A stretch of 64,000 nt of DNA from Craspedostauros australis (lineage: Eukaryota). Under the pieces are notes generated by a model. The model was not told the origin of the DNA and ran no database searches. It was given only the letters and a program-made list of their open reading frames with translations. Shown in pieces: positions 46,558 to 60,253 of the stretch (positions are counted from its first letter, which is position 1; each line of letters opens with the position of its first letter). A program made the position numbers and the translations under genes. The stretch covers positions 1 through 64,000 of the forward strand of contig JALAGF010000323.1 of NCBI GenBank assembly GCA_030167865.1, given 5' to 3'.

Positions 46558-49500
46558 ATGGAGAGTCTGAAGATCCCGATCACATCGACGGGCAAGGCGC
46601 AATCCGACGAGTACTGCATCGAGGTGTTCCCCGATGAGGTGCTGGATGTGCCGTCAGCCCAGCTCCTGGACGTGCTCAACGATGAGTCCGCCGCGCCCTC
46701 CATCTGGGCCGACGCGGCGCTGCTGTACATGCAACGCAAGAAGAAGACGCCCGATGCTGCCAATCTGCTGCAGGTTGCGTGCAAGAGACCTGATCTGAAT
46801 CGCGATGATCGTCTGCGGTTGCTGGCGTCCGCGGGAATCGCCCATTTGACGCAGGCGCAGCAGACCAACAGCAGCGCGTCGGATGGAATCGGCGGCGGCA
46901 GCACGGACCCCAAGAGCGAGCTGCGCTCCATGGCGGATGCCCGGTTCCTGCAGGCCGACAAGGTCGACACCCTCTTTCCCATGACCTGGATGGGACGCGG
47001 CATGCTCAACCTGTCCATGGAGCGCTACTCGCAAGCGCGCTTCTTCTTCGATACCACCCTCACGAAGTGCGGTCAGGTCCTGCCGGCGCTGCTGGGGATG
47101 GCCGCTGTGCTCTATGCTGAGAAGAACTACCAAGCGGCGCAGGATATGTACGCCAAGGCAATACGATTGCATCCGGAGACCAGCGGCGCGGCCACTCGGG
47201 TGGGCTTTGGTTTGGCTTGCTATCAGCTCGGACAGGTGAGTTGCTGTTGCTGGAGCTGGAGCTGTTGCCATTGGTGCTGGAATGGACTGTCTTTATTTGC
47301 TGATTGCGGTACATTCTGTGGGCCTTGGGCGCATGAGTAGGGAGGCAATTGGTGATGGATGAGGGTCCCTGTGTCGACAACCTCCGATATTCTTGACACC
47401 TGCTCGTAGTTGCGTGCCAACGCTCACCCTCTTATGACCATCTGCACTACTCTACTCTACTCTATCATACTGCCAATACCTTCCCACATGCTCCGACCAC
47501 AACTCTCAGGTGGATCGTGCCAAGGCAGCATTTGCCAGAGCATTGGAGATCGACCATGAGAACGTGGATGCGATGGTTGGAGCTGCCGTCTTGGACATGG
47601 CAAGCCTCGACGAGACGAGCAAGGCGTTCAGCTCACAGATGGAAAAGGCTATCAAGATGATGTCCATGGCCAACCTCATCGACGACTCCAACGCGATGGT
47701 GCAGAATCATCTGGCCAACCATTACTTCTGGAAGTGGACGTCGGTGCCAGGGACCGTCACAATGCAGGAGGGGTCCACGCTGGTGCAGTCGTCGGAACCC
47801 GTCTCCATCGAACCAGGTGAGAGCATCCGCATTGGCACCTCCTTCGAAACACAGGTGGCCGATGACGTCATGCCAGACGAAGAGGAGGATGCCACCAAGT
47901 TCCGAATGAAGACTCCTTGGAAGACCACGGACATCAAGGGCATCAAGGTCTGGAGGAAGGACTACGACCGTGTCATCTCGCTGGCCAAGCGCGCCTGCAA
48001 CAGCACGTCGGTGCAGAGTATCCAGGCCGAATCCCTCTTCTTCTTGGCACGTGTGCACCACGTGCGGGGAGATTACGACGCAGCGCACAAGCTCTATGAA
48101 CGCGCCTGCAAGCTCTCTCCGAGCCTCAGTCCTGCCAGATTCGGACTCGCGCAGACCCTCATCACTCAGGACAAGTTCAAGCAGGCAGCAGCTCACCTGC
48201 AGCTCATCTTGGGCACATTCAACACCGCGACAGACGCGCTCGCAGCTGTGGGACTGCTCGAGGTCAAGGGCGTTACCAAATACGCCGAAGGTTTGACGTA
48301 TCTTCGCAAGGCCGTGGATTTGGACCCTCTCAACCCGGATCTCATCGTCCTGGAATCGCTCGCGTTGCAGCAACAGGACAGCAATTATCCAAAGGCATTG
48401 GAATCGTACAAGAAGGCGATCCGGCTCATGGAACGGCAAAACAAGTCCATCGATCCAGAAGTCTTCACCAACGTCGGCGTTCTATGTCACGAAACCAAGC
48501 AGTACGATGAGTGCCTCCAGATGTACAGGCGGGCACTGGAAGCGCTGGATGCCACTGGTGCCTTGCAGACAGCAACCATGGAGAATACCGGCATCGAAGG
48601 CGGTCGTGTTCGCCATGCGGAGAATCACATGTTTTGGGGGTACTTGGACACAGGCCTGGAGCTCGATTATCCAGCAGATGCAGGAGATGATGGTGTGAAG
48701 GAATGCAAAATCAAGGACTCGCAGGACAAAGACGCATCATCCCTTGCTGTCAAGGCCGGCGATCACATACAGATCGAGGCTGCCGATAACTTCGAATCGG
48801 AGGTCTTAGAAATCAAAGCAGCATCAGACGGAAATGGACTGTCGATTGTCTTCGGGGAGCGCTTCAAGATCACGAAGGGCCAAGACAAGGAGAATGAGGG
48901 GGAGGAGACTTCTGCCAAAGCGAGCAACGATGCGCCACCCAAGCTCAAGGTCAAACGCGAAAACGCGTTGCTCACGAATTCAAAGGCGCTTACCATCGCG
49001 TTCAATATTGCGAGGCTTCACGAAATCATCGGAAAGACGATGGCAGCTGTCGAAATTCACAAAGCGATCGCCAAGCGCAACCCGGTGTATGTGAACAGTT
49101 ATCTGAGATTGGCCTGCATCGCCATCGACTGCGGTGCGCTGAAGGAATGTGCCGGCTGGTTGAAACTCGCGGCAGAAACCGCGCCCGGAAATCCGGAAGT
49201 GCTGACCCTGATTGGCAACCTCCATCTTTCCCTCTGCGATTGGGCTCCGGCTCAGCAGGTATTCGATGGATTACTGGCCAAGAAGGTTCCGAACGTCGAG
49301 GCCTACGCCATGCTCAGCCTGGGCAACATATACTTCGCCAACCTGAAAGTGTCGCCGAAGCGATATGCCAAGCACTTGCAATACGCGGCCGATTACTACA
49401 AGCGCATCCTGACCAAGGACAACTCGAATGCCTACGCGGCGAATGGAATCGGCACCGTCCTTGCCGAAAAGGGCGAACTCTTCAAGGCGAAGGAAGTCTT

Positions 49501-50737
49501 CAACCGCGTGCGCCAAGTGAGCGGTGATACCATCGCGGATGCTCACCTCAATCTGGGACACGTGTACCTGGCGCAGAAGCGACATTCGGAAGCCCTGCAG
49601 ATGTATCAAAGCTACATGAAACGCACGGAGGATGGCAGCGCCCCAATCTCCTCGAAAAGCCGTGTCGACGACCTCGTCGATGTCCTGATGTACATTGCAT
49701 TCGCCTACTTTGATTGGGCCAGACAGACGGAGCTGTTCGACAACCCGAAGGCGGCACCGGCCGACGAACGCTACCAGAAGGCGATGCACTACCTCGAGAC
49801 AGCACTATCCAAGAACACATCCAAGAACGTCATCCTCACATACAACCTGTGCATGACGAAGCTTCAAGCCGCGGATTGCGTGCTGCGAAAGATGTCGAGG
49901 AACATTCGCCGGACGGCTCAGGAGGTCCGCGATGCCCTGGACAACCTCAACGAAAGTCTCGCGACTGTTGAGAACATGATCAAGGGGAAGCAAGACAAAT
50001 CAATGAAGGTTCCCATCGCGACGTCCATGTTGAATGATTTTGTCCAGAATTGTCGCAGTAACATCGACAGTGCCAAGTCGCATCTCGAGGACGAGATCAG
50101 CCGCGAGGTAGAGGCCAACAAGGAACGGCAGATGAAGCAACAGATCGCCGAGGAGCAACGCCAAGAGAAGGAACTCAAGGAGGCCCTGCGCAAGTCGGAA
50201 TCTGCGAAGCGACAGGAGGAACGAGATCGTCGAGCATACGCAGCGATGAGGAAGGTAGATGATCTCCGAGCCGGGTGGGAGCAGGCCAGGGCCGCCGAGC
50301 AAGCGGCGACAGAAAAGAAGGCCAAGAAGAACGGGCCCGCCCCGCCGATCGCCGACAGGGATCCGGAGGAGCAGGAGGAGTTCCCGGACGAGGCTCAGAA
50401 CCAGGATACAGCGGCGCTGTTTGAGGATTCCGACGATGATTCGGACGATGACAACGGCGGCGCCAACGCCAATGGGGGCGACAAAGCAGCAGCATCCAGT
50501 GGTGACGGGGAGAGCAACAGAAACGGCAACAAAGAAAGCAAGGATGACGACGACGAGAAGAAAGAAGAAACCAAGCAAGCGACGCAGGAAGATCTGTTCG
50601 GGGACGACAGCAGCGACGACAGCGACGAAGAGCTGGTGCCGTCAAGCCAAAAACGCGACATTTCCGAAACGAGCAACGGTGATGATGGCGAATCCGCCAC
50701 CAAGAAGGCAAGAATAACAGGCGAAGACGATGACTGA
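46558..50737 (+). CDS. CTR9: RNA polymerase-associated PAF1 complex subunit CTR9 (TPR protein); 2 exons (46558-47235, 47510-50737)
   Basis: N-terminal 'LKIPI...IEV...L.DVLNDESA..SIWADAALLY', many TPRs, 'YAMLSLGNIY', 'NAYAANGIGTVLAEKG...AKEVFNRVR...AHLNLGHVY', then coiled coil and acidic tail. Phase-0 intron 47236-47509 (GTGAGT...CAG). Confidence 0.93.
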
Positions 50738-51442
50738 GCATAAGAACGGACGGACGTACGTAGCACACAGTGATGCTCTCTCTGGAGAGAGAGAAAGTAT
50801 AATAGTTTGCAAGTACCACGGCTGCATGAGAATGGCACATTTCACGTGCTGTGCTGTGAGAGGCCTGCTATGTTTCCAGATCATGCGTTGGCAGCCATGC
50901 GCAACTTGTCATCGACTCATGCCGGGTATCAAGACCGTGCTGTGCTTCTTGTTCGTCATGCTCCGAGAGAACGAATTGGTACGTATGGCATTTGCGCCAT
51001 ACTTTCGGGAGATGCCGCCAGATGATTTCCATGATTGACTACTGTGACGAGTATAAGTTGGCTAAATAATGGCATCCTACGAATATAATATTATATGTAC
51101 TACGGGTTCTAAGGAAAAAAGAGCGCACATTCACATGCAGTAGCTATCTCTTGCGATCCTGTTTGCGCTCTCTTGGCATAGCGAAAAATCCAGACCTGCC
51201 TCGTTCGTCGCTCCTACAATACTACCAAGCTACTGTCCTTGCATCACGCTGCGGGAAATGAGATATGCGCTCGTGGACGGATGAAGGAATGAACGGGCGT
51301 GCCGAATGGATGAATGGAGGTGTGATTGATGAGGGGCATCATCGATCGCATGTGACATTGTGACATGGTTCATGAAATAGCGAATTGAAGAGAAAACTCG
51401 GAAGCGATTGGGGTGAGCATACAAGTATCTTCCACCACCCAT

Positions 51443-54170
51443 TTACTTTCCGAGGTTCTTGTGTTCGAACTTCTTCATGACTTCCAAGGCACGGCCCAGC
51501 TCTTCTGGGGTGATATCGCTGACGCAGATGCTTTCGCCGATGTCGGTGATGAGTGGGATGCGCTGTTCGCCATGACGATGCTCCACGGCATCCTTGCAGC
51601 TCTGCCACGACAGCTTGCTGTCGAGGTATGGGGAGTCGGTTGGCAGGCTGAGCTTGGTCATGCAGGCAAAGACACGTTCGACGATCTCCATCTTGATGTA
51701 TCCGCGAAGGTAGCTGAGGACGCAGCAGAAGAATCCATCGATGTTGACAGCCTCGCCGTGCATAATGTCGGCGCCTGGCACCATCTCCAGGAGCTTTGAG
51801 AACGTGTGTCCTGTTGTGTGTTGGTGGAATGGGATGGTGTGCATCGAAATGCGGGAAGTGTAATGGAAATGGGTTAGATGTAATCGACAACTGATGAAAT
51901 GGAGGGCGACAATTGAAATTGGAGAATATGTGATTCATCCAATGGCGCGACTTCCGACACACTATGTTCGCAGCGCAGACATGACTCCGAATAATCACAT
52001 AGTAGAGGAGAGTACAGTGGAGCATTGGAGCTGCCGCACTCACCATAATCGACGCATCGCTCCAGCTTCTGCTCCCAAAGGTTCGGTCCGAGTTCTTCGA
52101 GCATGATCTGGATGGAAAGATCGATGACGCGCTGGCTGACACCGTCTGGGACGCCAGAGTCGTCCGCGACGAACTTGGAGCCGATGAGGGCACATCCGTG
52201 CGTCTCAAGCAATTCGAAGAGGTCGCTGGATCGCACGAGGGCGAGCTTCATGATTTCTCCGAATCCATTGGAGATGTTGCGATCATCCTGCGATGCGATG
52301 AAGGCGGTGTCGAGAAGGCACGAACTTGGTGCGTAGAAGGATCCGACGCGGTTCTTGTAGGTCTCATCGGTGACAGCGCAGCAGTAGTCGACGCCATTCT
52401 TGACTCCGACGCTGGCGTCGACGATGGAGAGGAGTGTGGTTGGGACGCGGACGAATGGGACACCGCGGCGGTACATGCAGGCGGCCATGCCGGCAATGTC
52501 GAGCAAAACTCCACCACCGATGGCGAGGAAGGGTTCGCGACGGCGCAGCTTGTACGCGCACATGACATCGAGGACCTTGTCGACAGCCTGATTGTCGACA
52601 ACGCGACGGTGGCAATTGTGGTGAACGTGTTGGTAGAATGAAAGTGTGATGTGACGATTAAAGTGGGAGTAGCAGTGCAATGGTGAGACAACACAAACGT
52701 CAGCAAAAAGATAAAACTCGGGCGAACTGGTGATCCGATCTGGCGAATCGCCAGACTTTCACCGCGCGATCGCGCGCACGCGCGTTTCAACCACGAAAAA
52801 CTGTCGGCATCGGGGACGATCCAAAGACGATCGGCAGTCGACAGCAATGCCGAATGCTGCACCGAAAGGCGCAAGCATGGTAAAGCATGGCCAACATGCA
52901 TTGCCTGAATCTGAATTCTACAGCAACTCACCGCTGGTCTCTTGTCTGGCTCTCCTCCCTTGAGGATGCAGGTGGATAATTCGATGCCCTTGGCCTTGAA
53001 GTAATTTCTGATCTTGTCGCCGTAAATGGCATCGACGGCATCGTCAATGACGGCAAAGCGTCGGTTGTATCCCTCCACGTGGGCGCCGGTGGCCTCCAGC
53101 AATTGAGGGTTCTCTGGATCCAGCAGGGTTCCGTTGGTGACCATGTTGACGTCGTAGGAGATTGGCAAGGAGAAGACATTCCTCCATCCCTTGGTGTGAG
53201 TCATGATGGTGGTCTTGGTGGTAATGGTCGATGCGGATGTTTTCCGGGTGGTGGTCTGTTCGCGGGAGCTCGTCTTGCTGATTTCGAAAACGTTGTTCGG
53301 TGCTCGTTCCAGCGGCTTCATGACGATCTGCGTGCCCGATTCAGGGCAGTCCTCGATCATGATGCCCTCCTGCTCCTCTGGTTTGGGATCGTCGGATGTT
53401 GTGCTGCTGGAGGTGAAGCTCGAGACGGATGATCCGTTGCGAGTCTGTGAGAGGGATTCCCCGGAGGGCGTGCTCTTTGTCGTGGGTGCGGCATTGCCGG
53501 TTGTATCCGTCTCGGCTGCAACAAGGGCAGCTCTGACCTCGGGATCCAAAGACGCCCATACTGCCAGGACCGATTTTGGGAGTCCAGTGGTCGGAGCCTC
53601 TGTAGCTACGGTCTTGGCGGTGTCCTCACTGGAAATAGAGCAGGGCAGAAAATAGTGATGTGCGTGGCATGTCGGGCAATTGGGATTGCGGATCGTATGG
53701 CGCAATGGTATACCATCGTACCATGGTGGAGCCGGGTGTTGGTCGCATGGTGTGCCATTTATCAAAGCGGACGTATGCGCATTGAGACGTCCGGGCCGAT
53801 CGCGGTGACGATGCCACCACAGAAGTGGTTGTACGAAATGGAAAGGATTCGAGTGAAAAGATACGGCGTGAGTTGCTTGTCCCAACGGCGGCATTGTTCA
53901 TTGGATTACACGATAGGCACAACATTCAAAATTGGTATGATTGGATCCACCGCATCCATAAACATGCGTTGTGATCAACGGGTACCGATGGGGCAATACC
54001 ATCAACAAATCTGAAAAAATGGCACCGATGCAGATACTCTCATCCCAATTCCAATCATATTCGAGGCATGCCATACCACAGCATGGAAAGAGGCGAGAGA
54101 CAATGACGACGCACCGAATGGAGGCGAGAGCAAGCTCTGATGACTTCTTTGTGATGGTCTTGATTGTCAT
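51443..54170 (-). CDS. Sedoheptulose-7-phosphate cyclase, 2-epi-5-epi-valiolone synthase (EEVS)-type, DHQS superfamily (~554 aa); 4 exons (54170-54115, 53628-52932, 52587-52044, 51810-51443)
   Basis: 'AIGGGVLLDIAGMAACMYRRGVPFVRVPTTLLSIVDASVGVKNGV', 'KNRVGSFY', 'GFGEIMKLAL', 'MLEELGPNLWE..LERCVDYG|HTFS', 'HGEAVNID'. Introns 53629-54114, 52588-52931 and 51811-52043 are all GT-AG and frame-consistent; the first exon is the least certain. Confidence 0.88.
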
Positions 54171-56454
54171 ATTGCGTATTCGTCGGGTGCGTGTTGTGAT
54201 GCTCGGAAGGATCGTCGTTGTCTTTAGCTTTGTCTTAGCTTTGTCTTTAGCTCTGTGTTTGTTTCCGTCCAGGTATGCGTCTGATGAAAAGGCGCAAGTG
54301 TCTGTGTTACTGTTGTCTTTCGTTGGCTGATGTTGCAGATGATCTTCGATTTCTTTGCTTCCTTGTCAGTTTGGCTTTTGTTCTGGCTGCTTCTGTGATT
54401 ATGACGGTGCTTATGCTGTTCTGCTCTATTCTGTTTCTTGGCTCCTCCTCCTCGTTCTTCCAAGAAGAGAGAGAGAGAGAGAGAGGCGATAGGCCACAGC
54501 CGAGAGCGACTTTCCATCAATTCGGGAGGGGAGGCCCAGATCACCCAGATCGCACAGATCCCTCTCCCCAACAAGTCAAACAGTTTCCCTCCTCTCTGAC
54601 CACCGTTGTGCATTGCATTGAAGTTGACGGAACCGCCAATGAAAAGACTCACGGATCGGGAACTTGATGGGAACAGAAAAGAAAAAATGGCCTTGTGCGC
54701 ATGTCCGCCAACGGTATGTGACGTATCCAAAGTCATCCAATCACGAAACAGAATCGTGGCAGAGCGAGATTGATGATTCTGTTTTGTGTGTGACTCTCCA
54801 CCTCATGACGGAATTTCCAGCTTTCGGATACAGTCGTGGTTGGTTCATTGGAGGCTCGACGTCACGATGATGACGCAACAGAACTTTTCGAATCGTGTTA
54901 TCATGTCATCCCTAGCATGCTTCAACACAATGTTAATAATGCACAACGAAACAATCGGAGTACGCTCAGGATAGGGAGGTGCAGTTGTCGACGTCACCAT
55001 TGAAAAAGCGAACGTGGTTTGATTCCGAAAAACAATCAAAATTCTGATTCCACAAAACACGAAACACGAAGCGTTCGGGTTGTGGCGACTTGTTTTGTTC
55101 GTGGCGGTACGGTGTGCTTCTCTCCCGCTTTGGTATCCTTGGTTCCTGTTGCACAACTGCCGAGATGATGAACGCAGCAAATCCAGAAGCCTCCAGACAC
55201 GCGAATGGCAAGAATCGTGTTTCTGCTCTCTGTCCCAATTCGCAACTGTCGACCTCTGTTGATGTCAGCAAAAGGCACAGAGAGATGCCACTGCCCAAAT
55301 CCGGTGTGCAAATCGTCACGTGGGTCCGTTCCAATGCTCAGAGCAGGCCAACAAATCGGCCACCCAATGCCGACCTCGTCACCACTCAGGACGGTTGTTT
55401 CTCGTGCTCGTCCGATGGCCTGACAATGGCCATCAGCCATCAACGGAGCTGCGACGGAACGCCCATGTACGCAGTGAAGAAGGGGGCAATGGGCAATGGG
55501 CGATGGGCAGTGATGAGACAGATGAGCCTAACGCAACGCAACGCAACGCAACGCAAAGAAACCACTCCGATTTATTCTCAATCAGCTTGGGAGGATGAAC
55601 GGACGAATGAATGGACGGATGGATGAATGAATCGGTGGATGACTACCATCATCCAATTGCCACACGACGCGATGTCATGTGGCAGAGCCATGATCGCAGC
55701 TTCTGAATCAGGGCACCGCATGGTGATCTTCACCATGATGATCAAGATGACGAAGAACTCAATTTCGTCGACAATTCGTACTCTCATGATGTTGGTCAGA
55801 AGCTCCGCCATCAGCATCAACGACACCAACATCACCACTGGAAGCCAGCGCAAAAGTCAATGTGATGATTGGAGTTATTGTCTTGCTGAGCGTAGCGAAG
55901 ATTCTGCTTTCGTCCACTTTGTTGGCTGTGCAAAAGCCTCTCCCCAGAGAGGACACGTTGTTGGAAGCGGGAAGGTACCCGTGTGCTCACATGCAATGCT
56001 GCTGCCTGCTTCGGACGTTCGTTTCTATTTTTGCTGAGATCTATCTATTGTGATGCATCCTGAGGCAAAGCGTCACAAACTCTGCTCATCCCCCAAAGTT
56101 TGTTGGACCTGCGTTGGTTGACATTGTTGCCGCATTCGGTTGGCGGCATCTACTACATGTTCATTGGAATGCTGCGAGTACGGAGTGTGTGACTGCAGGC
56201 AATGAGCAACCATGCTAATACAAACGCGTATGCAGAGCAGGGTATAGTTAGAGTGGAGTACTACAGGTTGAGTCTGATTGTTTGAATGCCATCGCCCTGC
56301 GTCGATTTTTGTTCTTTGGGAAGAATCTCGACTGCATTCACACCATCTTCGTCATCGTCACCACTATCGCTAACGTACTCATCGCACAGTACATGAACAT
56401 ACGAGGACTCGTAGAATATGGTACGGTCGTGTATCCATACTCGTACTTTGCTCT

Positions 56455-58108
56455 CTACTCCTTCTTCATCCGGTTCTTCGAGAAATCGCTGGTCGAATCT
56501 TTGTGGATCTTTTCAAATACTGCACTGAAGTCCTCATCCGCGACATTGAGATCCATGTCCTCACGTGCTGCACGGAACAATTCCTCCGCCTTCTCCATGA
56601 CACTGTACTCAGCACCAGCACGTTTGGCCATGTCGCATGCCAACGCCATATCCTTGTGCGCGTGCTTCAGCGGGAAGTTGGGAGCGTGGTCTTTGACGAT
56701 CATCTTGGGTCCCTTCAACCCGTACACGGGGCTCTGGATCGCCCCCTGCCCGATGACTTCGATCATCTTGGTTGGGTCCAACCCGACGGACTCCGACAGA
56801 GCGAGTCCTTCTCCCACGGCTGCCACCATGGTGCCCATTAACGAATTGATGACGAGCTTTGCACGGGTGCCGTATCCGACCTCCGTTGAGAAGAAATGGC
56901 TTGCCTTGCCCATGGCCTTGAGGCCTGAGTCCACGATTTCATCAAATAGTTCCTTGGATCCAGCGCAAAGGAAGATGAGTGTCCCGGTTGCAGCTGGGAC
57001 CTTGGATCCTGATACTGGTGCCTCCAAAAATCGCCTGAGAGTTTCCCGACAAAAGTTTATCCACCGCCAGTTTCAGCCAAGCCCGCGGGCGACGCGTATG
57101 GTATCATTGGTTGCGTGAAAGAGAAAACAGGGTTAGTCGTATTCATTGCATCATTCCTGCAGTGTATTCCGCAGTACATTTCGTGTGCAACGCGCTGTGC
57201 CTCGTGCAGTGTGTGATGTTTTGCCTCGACTTCCATCTGATGAGAGTATGGCTGGATAGGTTGAGATTGAATTCCCAAATGATAGAGAGAGATTGTGACA
57301 ACGGTAGACACTTGGATGCGATGAACGCGAATGCGACGTCGGAAAGATCGCGGCTCGTCCGTGCATGTTGTCATCGCATCTCGTCGTCATTCATCATTTG
57401 CACCTTGTCATCCACAACTCGCCGGTCAATGTTGGCTGCCCAGAGCCAATCATTCCACGCGCTCTTGTGTACCTGCCCATCCACACACGGTTCCGGCCAA
57501 GCTGTCTTTCAACCACACATGCGCGCAATCAATCAATCAATCGATCTTCGACACCTGTGATCCTCACGGAAGTGCATCTTGGCACAATGCACCACCATTC
57601 GGATGCCAGGTTCGATTCATCTGTGAATATAATAGGACATGCGTATACGTGTGCTCGGCACATGCGCGCACGCACGCACGCTCATCACGTCAAGCCAAGC
57701 TCCACAGTGCATCATCTTGTTTACTCACCCGCCAGCCTTAACGACGGCTTCATTCATTCGTTGCATATCCTCTTCTGCCAGCGTCGCACAATCCACGATG
57801 GCCTTGCCTTCTGACACACCCGCCAGGACCCCCTGCTCGCCCTCAAAGACGGCCTTGCTGGCCTCCGGCGTGGAGAGCATGGAGTATATGATGCTGCAGC
57901 TTTCGATGACCTCCTTGGCCGTGTCCATGATGACGATTTGCACGTTCTTGCCATCGAATCTGGCCTTGAATTGTTCGCATTTTGATTGGGTCCGATTCCA
58001 CAGAATCAACGGCGTCGCCTCCGTCCCAGCGATGCCCTCATTGACGAGGCATGCTGCCATGCCTTCGCCCATGATGCCCAGGCCGATAAAACCGATTGCC
58101 GAGTGCAT
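56455..58108 (-). CDS. GLYR: Glyoxylate/succinic-semialdehyde reductase (beta-hydroxyacid dehydrogenase family); 2 exons (58108-57729, 57034-56455)
   Basis: Rossmann motif 'IGFIGLGIMG', 'WNRTQSKC', spliced 'KAGG|RFLEAPVSGSK', catalytic 'AKLVINSLMG' and 'PNFPLKHAHKDM'. Intron 57035-57728 (GTGAGT...CAG, phase 2). Confidence 0.9.
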
Positions 58109-60253
58109 TGTTGCTTGGAGTACTCTATATGCGCGGCAGCGTTTGGTTTGTTGCTCTGTCTGTTTTTGTGTGTGTGTGTCGGATACAGTATTTTGCGATG
58201 GTGGAATGCGTTGGCGTATCGTTGTCGTTGCGGTCGTTGTTGAGTTTGCGATGGTTGATTCGTTGATTTGTCGATTTGTCGGTTGGTTCGTCAATTGGGA
58301 GAGCAGATGGCGGCAATACGAGTGGCGGCAGTAGAGTTGATGGGGTACATTCGTAGGGACAAGCGCACGAGCATGATAGCCACGGGGCAGAGCCATACGG
58401 TCGATCAGTGTAGAGAGCATTCGTGTTGCGGCGACAACGAGAGCCCAAGAGGGAATGGAATTGTGAGATGACAGCAAGGCGATTGGTCAGCAAGCCACTC
58501 CAAAGAGAATGCAAACGTAAACAGGTAATGGAAACTTAATCTGTCGTTGAATCTGGATCCGGACCTGAATCCGGACGTGGATCTGAAACTGTGCACGAGC
58601 AAATCGTGCGGATAGAGAGCAGCACATCGTCTAGCCGAAGTAGAGAAGAAGTGACTGGTGGATGGATGGATGGAAGGATTGATCGGTTGCCTTGATGCTG
58701 GGCCGTGTGGATGGTATGGTGCCGTGCGATATTGTTGGAGATTCTTGGACTCGTCGCCAGCCGTGGGATCGACCGGCTGGAGCCCTTCAGAAGGGGATCA
58801 CTGCTGGACCCACCGCAGCAACAAACGAAGCCTGGTCGTCACGAGCATTGCGAAGGTGACAACCACATGACCATCTCGTGGTTGAAGCGGTGGCCATGCT
58901 CCGCCATGTGAAAGAGGACGAATGGAGCAGCACCACAAGCAGGGCAGCACAAAGCTGACCGTCGCCGAGCTGCACCCACGTCAACCGTCTTTCTCTCCTT
59001 GTGTGGGATGAGGCAGCGACCCAGAATGCAAGGCCCAGCAGGCGCAGTCAACAGACAGATACGAGCGTGCATAGAGCAGTCGCGCGTATCAGCGTACTCA
59101 AAGAGCATGGCTGCCTACTCACGTTGTGATGAACAAACTGCTTCGATCTGGCAGTCTCAGTGTCGGTGGTGCTGCGGCTGCCGTTATCCTTTTGTCAGTG
59201 AGTGGACCAGCGTGCGGTTGTCGGTGCCAGTGCAGGTGTTGGCGTTGCTGGGTGCTCTTGCGCAAGAGGGTGCAAATACGATCTGCTCCCCGTGTAGGTC
59301 GTAGTGCCAGTGCGGTCTCCGAGACAGCGATGGCAAAGACAGCAGCAACACCAACGTCAGGTGTCGGTGTGGTGATGGCAGCAAGATCGCAACGAGAAGG
59401 GTGGGACACCAAGAGAGAACTGCGCGCAGCCACCAAGGTCTGCGCTCTTGCCGAAACCCACAAGCTGCCGCGTTCCCAAAACACAACAAGAATCGCCCAA
59501 CAAGATCCCAAAAGCAAGGATACGAAAATCAGTTTCGTGTCGTTGCGACTCATCGGAGTCAATGTCCATTGACATTCTGAGCAGCCCGTTGTGACCATTT
59601 TGAGCTGGGACTGTCACCAACACGAAAAACGGGAAGCCTCCAGTGACCTCTCTTGGCACCAACGACAACACCGACCATGGCACCGATACGGTGCATGCCG
59701 GCGGGAGTGGTTGCGCAAACCCAGACACTCAGACTCCACCACGAGAGAGCCACCACCGACCCACATGACAAAAGGCGAAGGCACCACAAACAGTGAACAG
59801 CAGAGGCAACAACAACACCAGCGGCAACACCAGCGGAAACGATTTGCTCTCTGGTGGAAGAACCCTTCCTCACATTCGTAACTGGTCGAAGCACAAGGAA
59901 TCACGGTCGATACCGCTGCTCAGCTCGACTCAGTTTGGTTCAGCTTGTTGGTACTAGTTCAGCTCAACTGAGCCATCCAACGGCCAGAGTTGGACCCTTG
60001 ACACCGCGAGCACTTCAAGTCTCTGTTCGTGTTTGGGGGAACGCTGGCGTCAGCCGCACACCGCACCACATCCCACTATACCACACTATACCACACCTTC
60101 CCACATTATCCCACGCACTACTCTTATCGTGCTCCGGAACTCGAGATAACGGCAGTATTAGCAGCGGTAACGATAGCGAGAGCAACAGTCAGCAACAGCA
60201 ATAGCAACAACCAGCAACAACCAGCAACGGCCATAGCCATAGCCACAGCAATC

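Noticed and set aside
51443-54170. Annotation as shikimate-pathway 3-dehydroquinate synthase
   Set aside because: MLEELxPNLWE and DYGHTFS motifs fit sedoheptulose-7-phosphate cyclases rather than the DHQS 'LNxGHT' motif.
54224-56053. Several short ORFs between EEVS and GLYR, checked as a possible MT-Ox partner
   Set aside because: No methyltransferase or oxidoreductase motifs; contains microsatellites (GA, CAACG, GGAT) typical of intergenic DNA.
56455-58108. GLYR as part of an EEVS biosynthetic cluster
   Set aside because: It is a conserved glyoxylate-reductase-type enzyme, not MT-Ox; adjacency alone is insufficient.
58500-60250. Overlapping short ORFs upstream of the kinase, including the 75-codon extension from 60029
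   Set aside because: Non-ATG start and CA-rich UTR-like sequence; the first convincing ATG is at 60254.
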